From positions 1 to 38,288 of the forward strand of contig JASFYY010000120.1 of the NCBI GenBank assembly GCA_045046875.1: DNA of 38,288 nucleotides. The letters are read 5' to 3'. Below the pieces are notes generated by a model. That model did no database searches. It was not told the origin of the DNA and saw only the letters and a list, made by a program, of their open reading frames with translations. The translations under genes were made by a program, and so were the position numbers. This DNA is from Verrucomicrobiota bacterium (GTDB taxonomy: Bacteria; Verrucomicrobiota; Verrucomicrobiia; Verrucomicrobiales; DEV007). Shown in pieces: positions 1-8,413 of the stretch; the first letter of the stretch is position 1; each line of letters begins with the position of its first letter.

Positions 1-2
1 CA

Positions 3-74
3 AGAGCGGCGCTTGATTTGACTGCGCAAGAACTGAACGATGGATATCAGAAACTACGTAAGCTGCTGGAGTAA
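3..74 (+). CDS. 3' end of a gene entering from outside the window
   Basis: Open frame RAALDLTAQELNDGYQKLRKLLE ending in TAA at 72-74, convergent with the AraC gene. Confidence 0.4.
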   Translation, partial: RAALDLTAQELNDGYQKLRKLLE

Positions 75-78
75 ACGA

Positions 79-1050
79 TTACCTCAACAGCGTCGCCGAG
101 GGCAACTCGCCGAACATCCTTCGATAATCCGCGGCAAATTGCCCCATGTGCCAGAAACCCCAAGCGTTAGCGATATCAGTAATGACCGTTGACTCTGGAT
201 CGTTTGAGCGCAATTCTTTACGCACATGATTGAGGCGGTGAGCTTGGATGTAAGACTTAGGGGATATACCAAATTCCTCTTGAAACGCATATTGTAAAGT
301 ACGCTCACTGGCTCCGGTGATCTCACACAAACGGCTAACGGTAATCATATCCCTGCCATGACAATTAATAGCTTCTCTGGCGGATTTTAAAGCTTGATGC
401 CGGACGCGGGCGAGAGGCGCAGGAACTTTTCTGACAGTGCATTGACCAAGCGCTTGAATCATCATGCGCGGAAGTTCTTCGCGCACTTGATAAGTGAAAT
501 CCAATGAGTGCAAATACTCGGATCTTGCGGCAAGATTTTCTAATATGCCCGCGCACGCATTTCTAAGCTGCGACATGGCTCCACTGGTAAGCTGAACAAC
601 TTCGCAGGAACGTAACATGGTAAGAGCTTGCCTCGATTCAAGGGAATCCGCCTGTTTCTCAAGCCATTCATCCGCCAGTGAAATTGTAAAAACTTCGAAA
701 CAGGAATTTGAAATGGAAGCAAGCTCTCCGTTCGCTGGAAAAATCATCAGATCATTTCCAGATACCTGATGCCGGCGCCAATTCAATTGCAGGTTGGGAT
801 TAGCAGGAATGACATAAGTCCGTAAACCTGCGGGAGTCAGGCCTGATTGGTTGAGCTTGCGGTTGAATTTAGCTTTGCCTAGCTGTCCATTTTCCAAGCC
901 ACATTGTTGCAGGTGGGCATTAAATCTACCACCTTCGAGCTGTTGGAAATCGAGATCCCAATCTCGAGCCGTTTCGGTGAAGGCATCAAAATCATCAAAA
1001 TGGAGATCGATGAAAAAAAGGGGAGCAGGTGTTTGCAGAATATCGTCCAT
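79..1050 (-). CDS. AraC-family transcriptional regulator (EutR-like)
   Basis: C-terminal double HTH: SERTLQYAFQEEFGISPKSY...ITDIANAWGFWHMGQFAADYRRMFGELPSATL. Confidence 0.93.
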   Translation of the reverse strand: MDDILQTPAPLFFIDLHFDDFDAFTETARDWDLDFQQLEGGRFNAHLQQCGLENGQLGKAKFNRKLNQSGLTPAGLRTYVIPANPNLQLNWRRHQVSGNDLMIFPANGELASISNSCFEVFTISLADEWLEKQADSLESRQALTMLRSCEVVQLTSGAMSQLRNACAGILENLAARSEYLHSLDFTYQVREELPRMMIQALGQCTVRKVPAPLARVRHQALKSAREAINCHGRDMITVSRLCEITGASERTLQYAFQEEFGISPKSYIQAHRLNHVRKELRSNDPESTVITDIANAWGFWHMGQFAADYRRMFGELPSATLLR

Positions 1051-1163
1051 TTTGCGGTTTTTTGATGTTCACCAATGTCAGATTACCATAATGTGACAAC
1101 CTTACGACAGACAATTAATGCCTGTATCACCCTGTTTTAGCTGAAACCCATACTGCCATATCA

Positions 1164-1469
1164 ATGAAAACCAAAGATGATAATAAAAATACACTTGCCA
1201 AATTATTCGCATTTCCCATGGCTATTGTGGCGGCGATTCTAATGACAAGCTGCGTGGCGGCCGTTCCTGTAGCGGCACCTGCCCACCATTATTCATCCGC
1301 AGCCATGCATAGCAGCCATGCATCGAATACGTATTATAGCACACACACCCGCCCCGTTGCTGTCGGCCCCGTTGTAAGACCTGTAGCTCCGATTGCCAGA
1401 GCAGCCAGCCCGGTTGGGATTCACGGCACCGCACGACGCACCTCCAGAAGAGTCACACGTCGGCATTAA
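1164..1469 (+). CDS. Small putative lipoprotein, His/Ser/Ala/Pro-rich with Arg-rich tail
   Basis: Hydrophobic stretch ending in lipobox-like LMTSC; C-terminus GTARRTSRRVTRRH; co-oriented with the sulfatase. Confidence 0.6.
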   Translation: MKTKDDNKNTLAKLFAFPMAIVAAILMTSCVAAVPVAAPAHHYSSAAMHSSHASNTYYSTHTRPVAVGPVVRPVAPIARAASPVGIHGTARRTSRRVTRRH

Positions 1470-1532
1470 GGCTTTGTAATAGGCAGAAAATCAATCACCC
1501 ATATCACTCTACCGCTGGAAAAGAACAAAAAC

Positions 1533-3254
1533 ATGAAACGACTACCACATATCATCATCGCTCTGGCCAGTGCCACCGTTCTGGGAACGGTTGCTCAGGC
1601 CGAGAATAAAAAAATCATCCATGACTCGGAATACTATATTCTGAAAGCTACCCACGGTGACTCGTGGGCCAAACAAGATAAGAAAATCCAAGCCAAACTC
1701 AGCGCCTTGGAGAAAAAACATGGCAGAAAACCGAATATTATCCACATCATGTGGGATGATACCGCTGTGGGTGAAATCGGCGTGCCACAAAATCAGGCGG
1801 CGCGAGGATTCAAAACTCCAAACATGAACAAGTTTGCGGCGGAGGGGCAATACTATGCGCGCATGTATACCGAGCCTTCCTGCACACCTTCCCGTGCGGC
1901 GTTTATGACTGGGCGTCATGCTGTAAGAAATGGCATGTACACCGTCAGTTTTCCGTATGAATACGGCGGCATGAGCGAAGAAGAAACCACCATCGCCGAA
2001 GTGTTGAGCTCTGCAGGTTACGCGACAGCATTCTATGGCAAAGGCCATCTTGGCGACATCGAACAAAGTTACATGACCAACATGGGCTTCGATGAGGCTC
2101 TGTGGTGTCCCTACAACCAAGTCCCCAGCATGTATGTGCCGCGTGGTGACCTTGGGCCGATGTTCCCAACCTCCGTGATGCCGGAACTCTATCCGAATGA
2201 TCCCTACGATATGGATAAAGGCTGGCGCCCACGTGGATACGTCTGGGCGCTGGAAGGGAGGAAAGGAGGAAAAGTGCGCGAATGGGGAACTCCACCTAAC
2301 GAAGACGATTACTACAAGCTCGAAGCTGAGTGCCAAAAGCGCACCCTCGCATTCATTCGCAAGAGCGCAAAAGCCAACAAACCTTTCTTTATCAGCTACC
2401 AGCCCATTGCTGCATCGTTTTTAGGCCCCAAGCCTGGCGAACCTAGAGTGACAGTATCCGCCGGCCTACTTCAGGATTTTCTTGTCGAATTTGACAACTG
2501 GATCCCCGTTCTATTGAAGGAACTTAGAGATCAGGGAGTGGAAGAAAATACTCTGGTTGTGTTGATGGCTGATAATGGTCCCATGACCCACCACGGTCCT
2601 GATGGTATGGTCGAAACTCTCTACAGGGGAGGCAAAGGCGATTACACCGAAGGTGCGGTTCGTGTTCCATTGTTGATTCGCTGGCCTAGCGTGATTAAAC
2701 CGGGGCAAATCGTAGGGGATATCATGCACATCACCGACCTCTACACCACCTTCGCCAATCTGGCAGGAGCAAAACAGTATATCCCAACTGACCGCATTAT
2801 CGATGGGATCGATCAAACTGCTTTGTTATTGAATGGCGATACTCATAGTCGTCGTGACTACATCTATATCTACACAGGTGACATACTGGCAGCCACCGTC
2901 AAGGGACGCTTCAAGCGTGACTTGGTTGCTGAACTTCCGGGCCTCAGTGGAGATTCATTTTATGACCTCTACAATGATCCCCGTGAAGTCATGGGCAAAA
3001 TGCTTCCTGGGTTCACGGTTAAAACGATGTTTGATGTGATGGTCACCCGCCACAATCTGTGGATTCAAAAGTACCCCAACAAAAAACATCCTCGTGGTAT
3101 GCCCCTCACAGGAATTGAAAATCCACGCCCAGCGGTGCAAAAAGCATCCCAACCGCGCATGAAGAAAAAAGATCTCCCCTTCGATCTCCAAGAGCTCCTT
3201 GATTTCGATTTCCCTTACAGTCAAGATAAGGAAAAACAGGGTTCTAAAAAATAA
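1533..3254 (+). CDS. Exported formylglycine-dependent (aryl)sulfatase
   Basis: Signal peptide, PNIIHIMWDD, catalytic CTPSR (CxPxR) followed by AAFMTGR, GKGHLG, ADNG. Confidence 0.95.
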   Translation: MKRLPHIIIALASATVLGTVAQAENKKIIHDSEYYILKATHGDSWAKQDKKIQAKLSALEKKHGRKPNIIHIMWDDTAVGEIGVPQNQAARGFKTPNMNKFAAEGQYYARMYTEPSCTPSRAAFMTGRHAVRNGMYTVSFPYEYGGMSEEETTIAEVLSSAGYATAFYGKGHLGDIEQSYMTNMGFDEALWCPYNQVPSMYVPRGDLGPMFPTSVMPELYPNDPYDMDKGWRPRGYVWALEGRKGGKVREWGTPPNEDDYYKLEAECQKRTLAFIRKSAKANKPFFISYQPIAASFLGPKPGEPRVTVSAGLLQDFLVEFDNWIPVLLKELRDQGVEENTLVVLMADNGPMTHHGPDGMVETLYRGGKGDYTEGAVRVPLLIRWPSVIKPGQIVGDIMHITDLYTTFANLAGAKQYIPTDRIIDGIDQTALLLNGDTHSRRDYIYIYTGDILAATVKGRFKRDLVAELPGLSGDSFYDLYNDPREVMGKMLPGFTVKTMFDVMVTRHNLWIQKYPNKKHPRGMPLTGIENPRPAVQKASQPRMKKKDLPFDLQELLDFDFPYSQDKEKQGSKK

Positions 3255-3279
3255 TCGGTTAACCTGCTCTTAACACAGC

Positions 3280-3316
3280 ACGCACCCCCATTCGCTCCGA
3301 GTAAATGGAGGTGCGT
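3280..3316 (+). terminator. Imperfect stem-loop after the sulfatase
   Basis: ACGCACC(3280-3286)...GGTGCGT(3310-3316) with inner CCATT/AATGG pairing; no strong U-tail. Confidence 0.4.
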
Positions 3317-3389
3317 CGAAAGTTACCAGCGTGTGTCATGTCGCCGTTTTTTGCAATGAAATGATTTTGTCTGCCGGTATGATAGAATA

Positions 3390-4574
3390 ATGCACGTAAA
3401 TATGCCCCCTATGGATCAGCCTATTAATAAAACGGATATATATCCGCACAGCTCCCGCAGAAAATTCATCAGGAATTCGGCGCTGATGTTAGGCGGAGCT
3501 GGTGTCCTGGGATCATGCAAGCCCGCCGTGCCCCTCGCAAAAAACAAACAAGTGGCTGCGCTTGGTGATAAGCTGCCGATCAATGCCGCAGGCTATCAAT
3601 TTCCTCGTCTTAAGGCATTGTTTGATGGTCGTGTTAATATTGAAGGTTGCGATGCCAAGTTCGAAAAGATGGGCATCGGTGACATGAATACCAACGTATT
3701 CAGCGGGCCGCAAACACTCGACTTAACAGAAATCGGCTTGCATCCCTTCATGCTGGCTTACGGCAAAAGTAAGTTCAGGGACTATACCCTACTGCCCATT
3801 TTCCCCCTGCGTTTGTTCCGTCACAAAAGTGTTTTTATTCGCACGGATCGAGGGATCAAAGAGCCCAAGGATTTGATAGGAAAATCGATTGCAACACCGG
3901 GTTACTCATCAACTTCGCTAACATGGATCCGGGGAATTTTTCAGGATGAATATGGTATCAATCCGAATGAGGTGCAATGGATCACTGCGGCGAAAGATTC
4001 AGCTGCTGATATCTCAGGCAAAGTTTCTGAGTTTGAAAATTTCATCCCCGAGGGGGTTTCGATACAACAGGGACCTGTGGGGAAAGACGAATCCGATTTG
4101 CTTGAGTCTGGCGAGGCGGATGCCTTGTTTCATGCAGCTGAACCCAGAGCATACGTAGAAGGGCATCCCAAAGTGGCCCGACTTTTCCCTGATTATCGCA
4201 AGTTGGAGCAGGACTATTTTTCCAGGACGGGCATCTTCCCTATCATGCATGCCGTTGCCATCAGGAAAAGCTTGTTGGACCAAGAGCCCTGGTTGGCAGA
4301 GGCAGTGTTTAAAGCTTATTCCCAAGCTAAGCAACTTGCCTATGAACAGATGACTAAAATGGGCTGGGTCAGCGACATGCTGCCCTGGTATGGGCAGGAG
4401 CTGAAAATGACCCGTCAGTTAATGGGTGATAATTTTTATTCCTACGGTATCGAAGGCAATCGCAAGACTCTTGAAGCTTTGTTCCGCTATTCGTACGAGC
4501 AAGGCTTCAGTGATCGCCAACTGAAGGTCGAGGATCTTTTTGATGCACGAGGACTGGAGTTGACAGAGGCATGA
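3390..4574 (+). CDS. 4,5-dihydroxyphthalate decarboxylase-like / periplasmic-binding-fold protein with Tat-lipoprotein leader (start uncertain)
   Basis: SRRKFI twin-arginine motif and LGSC lipobox; family motifs LPIFPLRLFRH, WIRGIFQDEYG, TGIFPIMH, YGIEGNRKTLE. Confidence 0.75.
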   Translation: MHVNMPPMDQPINKTDIYPHSSRRKFIRNSALMLGGAGVLGSCKPAVPLAKNKQVAALGDKLPINAAGYQFPRLKALFDGRVNIEGCDAKFEKMGIGDMNTNVFSGPQTLDLTEIGLHPFMLAYGKSKFRDYTLLPIFPLRLFRHKSVFIRTDRGIKEPKDLIGKSIATPGYSSTSLTWIRGIFQDEYGINPNEVQWITAAKDSAADISGKVSEFENFIPEGVSIQQGPVGKDESDLLESGEADALFHAAEPRAYVEGHPKVARLFPDYRKLEQDYFSRTGIFPIMHAVAIRKSLLDQEPWLAEAVFKAYSQAKQLAYEQMTKMGWVSDMLPWYGQELKMTRQLMGDNFYSYGIEGNRKTLEALFRYSYEQGFSDRQLKVEDLFDARGLELTEA

Positions 4575-4590
4575 ATCTTTACTAAATCTG

Positions 4591-4651
4591 CGGCAGCTGG
4601 CGCGGTTGCCCTACCATACGGATAGCTGTAGGGCGAGCGCTTCGCTTGCCG
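4591..4651. repeat. Back-to-back pair of GTAG-type REP-like palindromes between convergent genes
   Basis: + strand GTAG-GGCGAGCG-CTT-CGCTTGCC (4628-4650); - strand GTAG-GGCAACCG-CGC-CAGCTGCC (4614-4592). Confidence 0.6.
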
Positions 4652-4661
4652 ATCTATAAAC

Positions 4662-5513
4662 CTACTCCTGATCCCAAGCGTCACGGATATACTGATAGCC
4701 AAATTCGTAAACCTCTTCCGTATTCGGAAAAAAGTCGCGCCACACACGGGTCGCAGCTGCCAAGTCCGGCAGAGATCGGCCAAAAGCCTCGATCACCATC
4801 CACTGGTCGTAACCGCCTTTTTTGAATAATTGAATCGTCTCGATAATCGGAGTGTGGTCTTTACCTGGTGTTCCGCGGTCATTGGCCGAGATGTGCACAT
4901 GATTGATCACATCCAGATTAGGAGTGATAATGCCGAGCGGATCTTTTTCCTCAATATTAGCGTGGAAAGTATCATACATGGTTGAGAAATTCGGATGATT
5001 GACCTGCTTCACGTAAGCCGAAGCTTGTTCCATCGTATTGAGAAAGTGACATTCGAAACGGTTGAGGTATTCGATCGTCAGCTGGATGCCCGCGTCCTGA
5101 GCCACTTCGGCGATGATGCGGTGCCCTTCCGCCGCGTGCTCGCGCTCGGTGTCGGTAGGAGATTCTCCGGTGAAATTCCCCAGCTCCTGATAATAAGGGC
5201 CGCACAGGTTTTGCACTCCGGCATTGTGACCACATTCGATCACTCGTTTGAGGTGATCGACTGCTCCTTGACGATCCGTCGCATTGGGACTGATGAGGCT
5301 ATGCGCCTGATCCGGACAGACGGTCACCGCAGTGCACTCGAGGCCGTTATCCTTGATCGCCTGCCCGATTGTTTTGAAATGAGCAGGATCACTGACGTCA
5401 AACAAGGGGATTTCTACACCGTCGTAACCAGTGGATTTGAGGGCTTCCAAGAGAGGGAAATTTTCTTCGACCACATGGCCCGTCCAGAGAAGGAGATTAA
5501 AACCGATTTTCAT
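4662..5513 (-). CDS. Sugar phosphate isomerase/epimerase, D-psicose/D-tagatose 3-epimerase family
   Basis: Metal-ligand motifs IEYLNRFE, YDTFHANIEE, HVHISANDRGTPG, IEAF. Confidence 0.9.
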   Translation of the reverse strand: MKIGFNLLLWTGHVVEENFPLLEALKSTGYDGVEIPLFDVSDPAHFKTIGQAIKDNGLECTAVTVCPDQAHSLISPNATDRQGAVDHLKRVIECGHNAGVQNLCGPYYQELGNFTGESPTDTEREHAAEGHRIIAEVAQDAGIQLTIEYLNRFECHFLNTMEQASAYVKQVNHPNFSTMYDTFHANIEEKDPLGIITPNLDVINHVHISANDRGTPGKDHTPIIETIQLFKKGGYDQWMVIEAFGRSLPDLAAATRVWRDFFPNTEEVYEFGYQYIRDAWDQE

Positions 5514-5659
5514 GATGGTTTTTAATACCGAATGACGAGCCCTCTTGCAAGGGGAACTTGCAGGTGGCGAAATTTTTAATCGAGGATTTCTTGACTGAAT
5601 TCTTTCAGGTGTAAGCTTGGCCGGTGCCTGCCGTCTGCCACAACCACAAAATTCAAGTC

Positions 5660-6847
5660 ATGAGCATATCCCAATTAGACCGCGAAACTATTTTTGATCC
5701 CCAAAAGCGCCAATTCCCAGAATTCAGTCTGGCGCGACTGCTTGGCACTGTATTCGATCCCACAGATGGCTGTCGGATTTGCATCCTGACCGATTTGCAA
5801 GACACCAGCCTGATGAAAAATTTCTCTTTTTTGCAGGCCGAGGGGCATGAAGTGCAAAAAAAGGCTCACGAAAAATTCTATCTTGGTTTGAAAGACGGTG
5901 TGCTTGAGGAACTGGGAATGACTGGTGGCGAAATGTTTGCTTTCAAGGCAACAGGAGGATCCAACCTGGACCTTACAGACCCTTGCTGGGATGCCGAAGG
6001 CAACGAACTCAGTTTAGATCGCGATATTTATACCAAGTATGACATCGTCCTTTGCATCTCGGATTTTTCCGCGACCGCCCCTCTAACCGCCAAATGTAAG
6101 GATTTCGGATTTCGCGGGGCTACCTTGCACGGAGTGAACGACATCATTCTAGCAAGCGGACTCTCAGTAGACTACAATGTGGTCAGCGCCGATACGGAAA
6201 ATGTGCGACTGGCGATGACCGGCGCTGATGAAATCGAAATCGACTTTGTGCTCGCCGACGGCCAAACTTTGACTATAACTTTGTTACTCGGCAAGCAGCT
6301 GGCACAAAAATCGCACGGCTTGAGTCAAGGGAACGAACCCGATGTAGCCAATTTGCCGGCCGGTGAAGTGTATTATGTGCCGGTGGATGCCCACGGCCAG
6401 TTCCCCATGGTCTATGCCGACGGCACCTTGGGACTGATGGAGGTGAAAGATCGTGACATCATCCGTGCTACTTTGATCTCTGGCAATCAAGCCACCATCG
6501 ACGAACAAAATGCCCGGCTTGCGGATGACCCGATGACCGGCACGCTCGGCGAGTTGGGATTTGGAACCCAGGTGTTGCCTGTTTCTGGAGCCGACATCCA
6601 AGATGAAAAAATCCTCGGCACTTGCCATATTGCCACCGGGCGGGATGACCATCTCGGTGGCGACATCGAACCCGGCATGTTCAAAAAGCACGAAAACTCA
6701 ACTCACGACGATATTCTTTTTGCTCCGCATAAAAATCCCGGCATCGACCTGGCTCAAGTGAGAATGAAACGCGGAGACCAACAGGAAATCCTGATCGAGC
6801 ACTACCGCCCGAGTGAATATTTGCTCAAGGCGCTGGGCGTGGATTAA
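5660..6847 (+). CDS. Peptidase M29 / leucyl-aminopeptidase-like metalloprotein
   Basis: NLPAGEVY, GELGFGT, DEKILGTCHIATG and HDDI motifs; ATG at 5660 preferred over GTG at 5624. Confidence 0.7.
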   Translation: MSISQLDRETIFDPQKRQFPEFSLARLLGTVFDPTDGCRICILTDLQDTSLMKNFSFLQAEGHEVQKKAHEKFYLGLKDGVLEELGMTGGEMFAFKATGGSNLDLTDPCWDAEGNELSLDRDIYTKYDIVLCISDFSATAPLTAKCKDFGFRGATLHGVNDIILASGLSVDYNVVSADTENVRLAMTGADEIEIDFVLADGQTLTITLLLGKQLAQKSHGLSQGNEPDVANLPAGEVYYVPVDAHGQFPMVYADGTLGLMEVKDRDIIRATLISGNQATIDEQNARLADDPMTGTLGELGFGTQVLPVSGADIQDEKILGTCHIATGRDDHLGGDIEPGMFKKHENSTHDDILFAPHKNPGIDLAQVRMKRGDQQEILIEHYRPSEYLLKALGVD

Positions 6848-6852
6848 TACTT

Positions 6853-7614
6853 ATGAGTGAGGGATACGAAAGTCAGCGCCTGCTGCATCAATATCTGTTG
6901 TTTCACTACGGCAGCGACGAGCAGATCCTAGAAGGCTCAACGGTTTTTCGAGGACAGGGTGAAGTTGAAGGTTTGCACTTTGCCGAAGCCACCGTGTGGA
7001 GTGCCTTGATGCTCGACCGCTACGAGGAAAAAGATCAAAGTCAACTGCGGGCTCTGGATATCGGCTGCGCGGTGGGCAGATCGAGCTTTGAGTTGTCTCG
7101 CCTGTGCGCTGAAGTGGTGGCGATTGATTTTTCCCAGGCTTTCATCGATGCAGCTAAACAATTGCAAGCTGGGCAGGAGATTCCTGTACAGCGTTATGGT
7201 GAGGGCCAACTACCAACGGAAATCAGCCTGAGCTGCCCCGAAGCGGTAAATCCTGAGCGAGTGAAATTCGCTGTCGGTGATGCAATGAACCTGCCCGATG
7301 ACCTTGGTCCGTTTGATATCGTGCACGCCGCCAACTTGTTGTGCCGCTTGTCCCAGCCTCAGCGTTTTTTACAACAACTGCCCGACTTGGTCAAATCCGG
7401 CGGGCAATTGATCATGGCAACCCCTTGCACCTGGTCGGAAGAATTCACTGCGCAAAAAAACCAACCGCAGGGAAGCACGCTGGATTTCATCCGTTCTTCT
7501 CTGGCTGATACATTCAAATTACAACGGCAAGTCGAATTGCCTTTTGTGATCCGCGATCACGCGAGGAAATTTCAAATCAGCACTTCACAGACCAGCACGT
7601 GGGTGAGGAAATGA
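6853..7614 (+). CDS. Class I SAM-dependent methyltransferase resembling the OvoA C-terminal domain
   Basis: YESQRLLHQYLLFHYG, motif I ALDIGCAVGRSSFEL, IDFS, GDAMNLP, ANLLCRL, PFVIRDHARKFQ. Confidence 0.8.
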   Translation: MSEGYESQRLLHQYLLFHYGSDEQILEGSTVFRGQGEVEGLHFAEATVWSALMLDRYEEKDQSQLRALDIGCAVGRSSFELSRLCAEVVAIDFSQAFIDAAKQLQAGQEIPVQRYGEGQLPTEISLSCPEAVNPERVKFAVGDAMNLPDDLGPFDIVHAANLLCRLSQPQRFLQQLPDLVKSGGQLIMATPCTWSEEFTAQKNQPQGSTLDFIRSSLADTFKLQRQVELPFVIRDHARKFQISTSQTSTWVRK

Positions 7615-7638
7615 AAAAACTAGAGCCGCACCTCTAAG

Positions 7639-8337
7639 CTACTCACCCAAAAACTTAGACCAAAAACCAAAGGTGGCCACCAGCACAATACTGACAAAAA
7701 CCCCTGCGTAACCCAGAATGACCCCGATCAAAGCCAGTGTATGACCCGGCGCGGGTTGAATCCGGCTATGGCGAGCCTTGGCGAGTGCGATGTGACCCAT
7801 GATGATCGCCGCCGGCGAACAGACCAAAGAGGCTCCAAAAGGGAAAAACAGCAGTCCAAGGATTCCAAATACCATCGCCAAAACGCTCTGCAAGGTCGAA
7901 GGAGGCTCCTCTTCGGGCTCAGCTTCCTTCGCCGCATTCATCGCCGCGTTCAGAGCTCCAATGCGATTGGCATCCTGCGTGACGATGTTCTCCGGCAACA
8001 GAGGGATTGAAGTCGTTTGAACAGAAGGCGCATCCGTTGAATAATCGCCCAAGGTCGGCATCCCGGCATCGGCTTGCCCGGGGGCAGCTGCTGCACTGTC
8101 TGCATGGGGATTGGCCGGTGAACTTTGAGCGGCTTGCCCTTGCGCTGGGGAGGGTTGGGATGCTGGTTGAGTGGAAGCTTGTTGTGAAGCTGCTGGAGTC
8201 GTCGCCCCCGTCTGAATAGGCTCAGGGAATGCAATGATGGAACTGCACACCGGACACTCAACTGTTGTGCCGTAAAAGCTTTCATCGCCGGATACCCGTT
8301 GACCACACTTGGTGCACGCTATTTTAATGACTGCCAT
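7639..8337 (-). CDS. Zn-ribbon + low-complexity linker + DUF4190-like membrane protein
   Basis: CTKC...CPVC at the N-terminus; C-terminal TM pair with AIIMGHIAL...GHTLALIGVILGY. Confidence 0.75.
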   Translation of the reverse strand: MAVIKIACTKCGQRVSGDESFYGTTVECPVCSSIIAFPEPIQTGATTPAASQQASTQPASQPSPAQGQAAQSSPANPHADSAAAAPGQADAGMPTLGDYSTDAPSVQTTSIPLLPENIVTQDANRIGALNAAMNAAKEAEPEEEPPSTLQSVLAMVFGILGLLFFPFGASLVCSPAAIIMGHIALAKARHSRIQPAPGHTLALIGVILGYAGVFVSIVLVATFGFWSKFLGE

Positions 8338-8413
8338 AAATTTTTTCGCCTTCTATAAGAGTCGAAGCAATCTGCGGCGTGTCAAGTCTGTGACGCAAAT
8401 GGATTCATATCTA

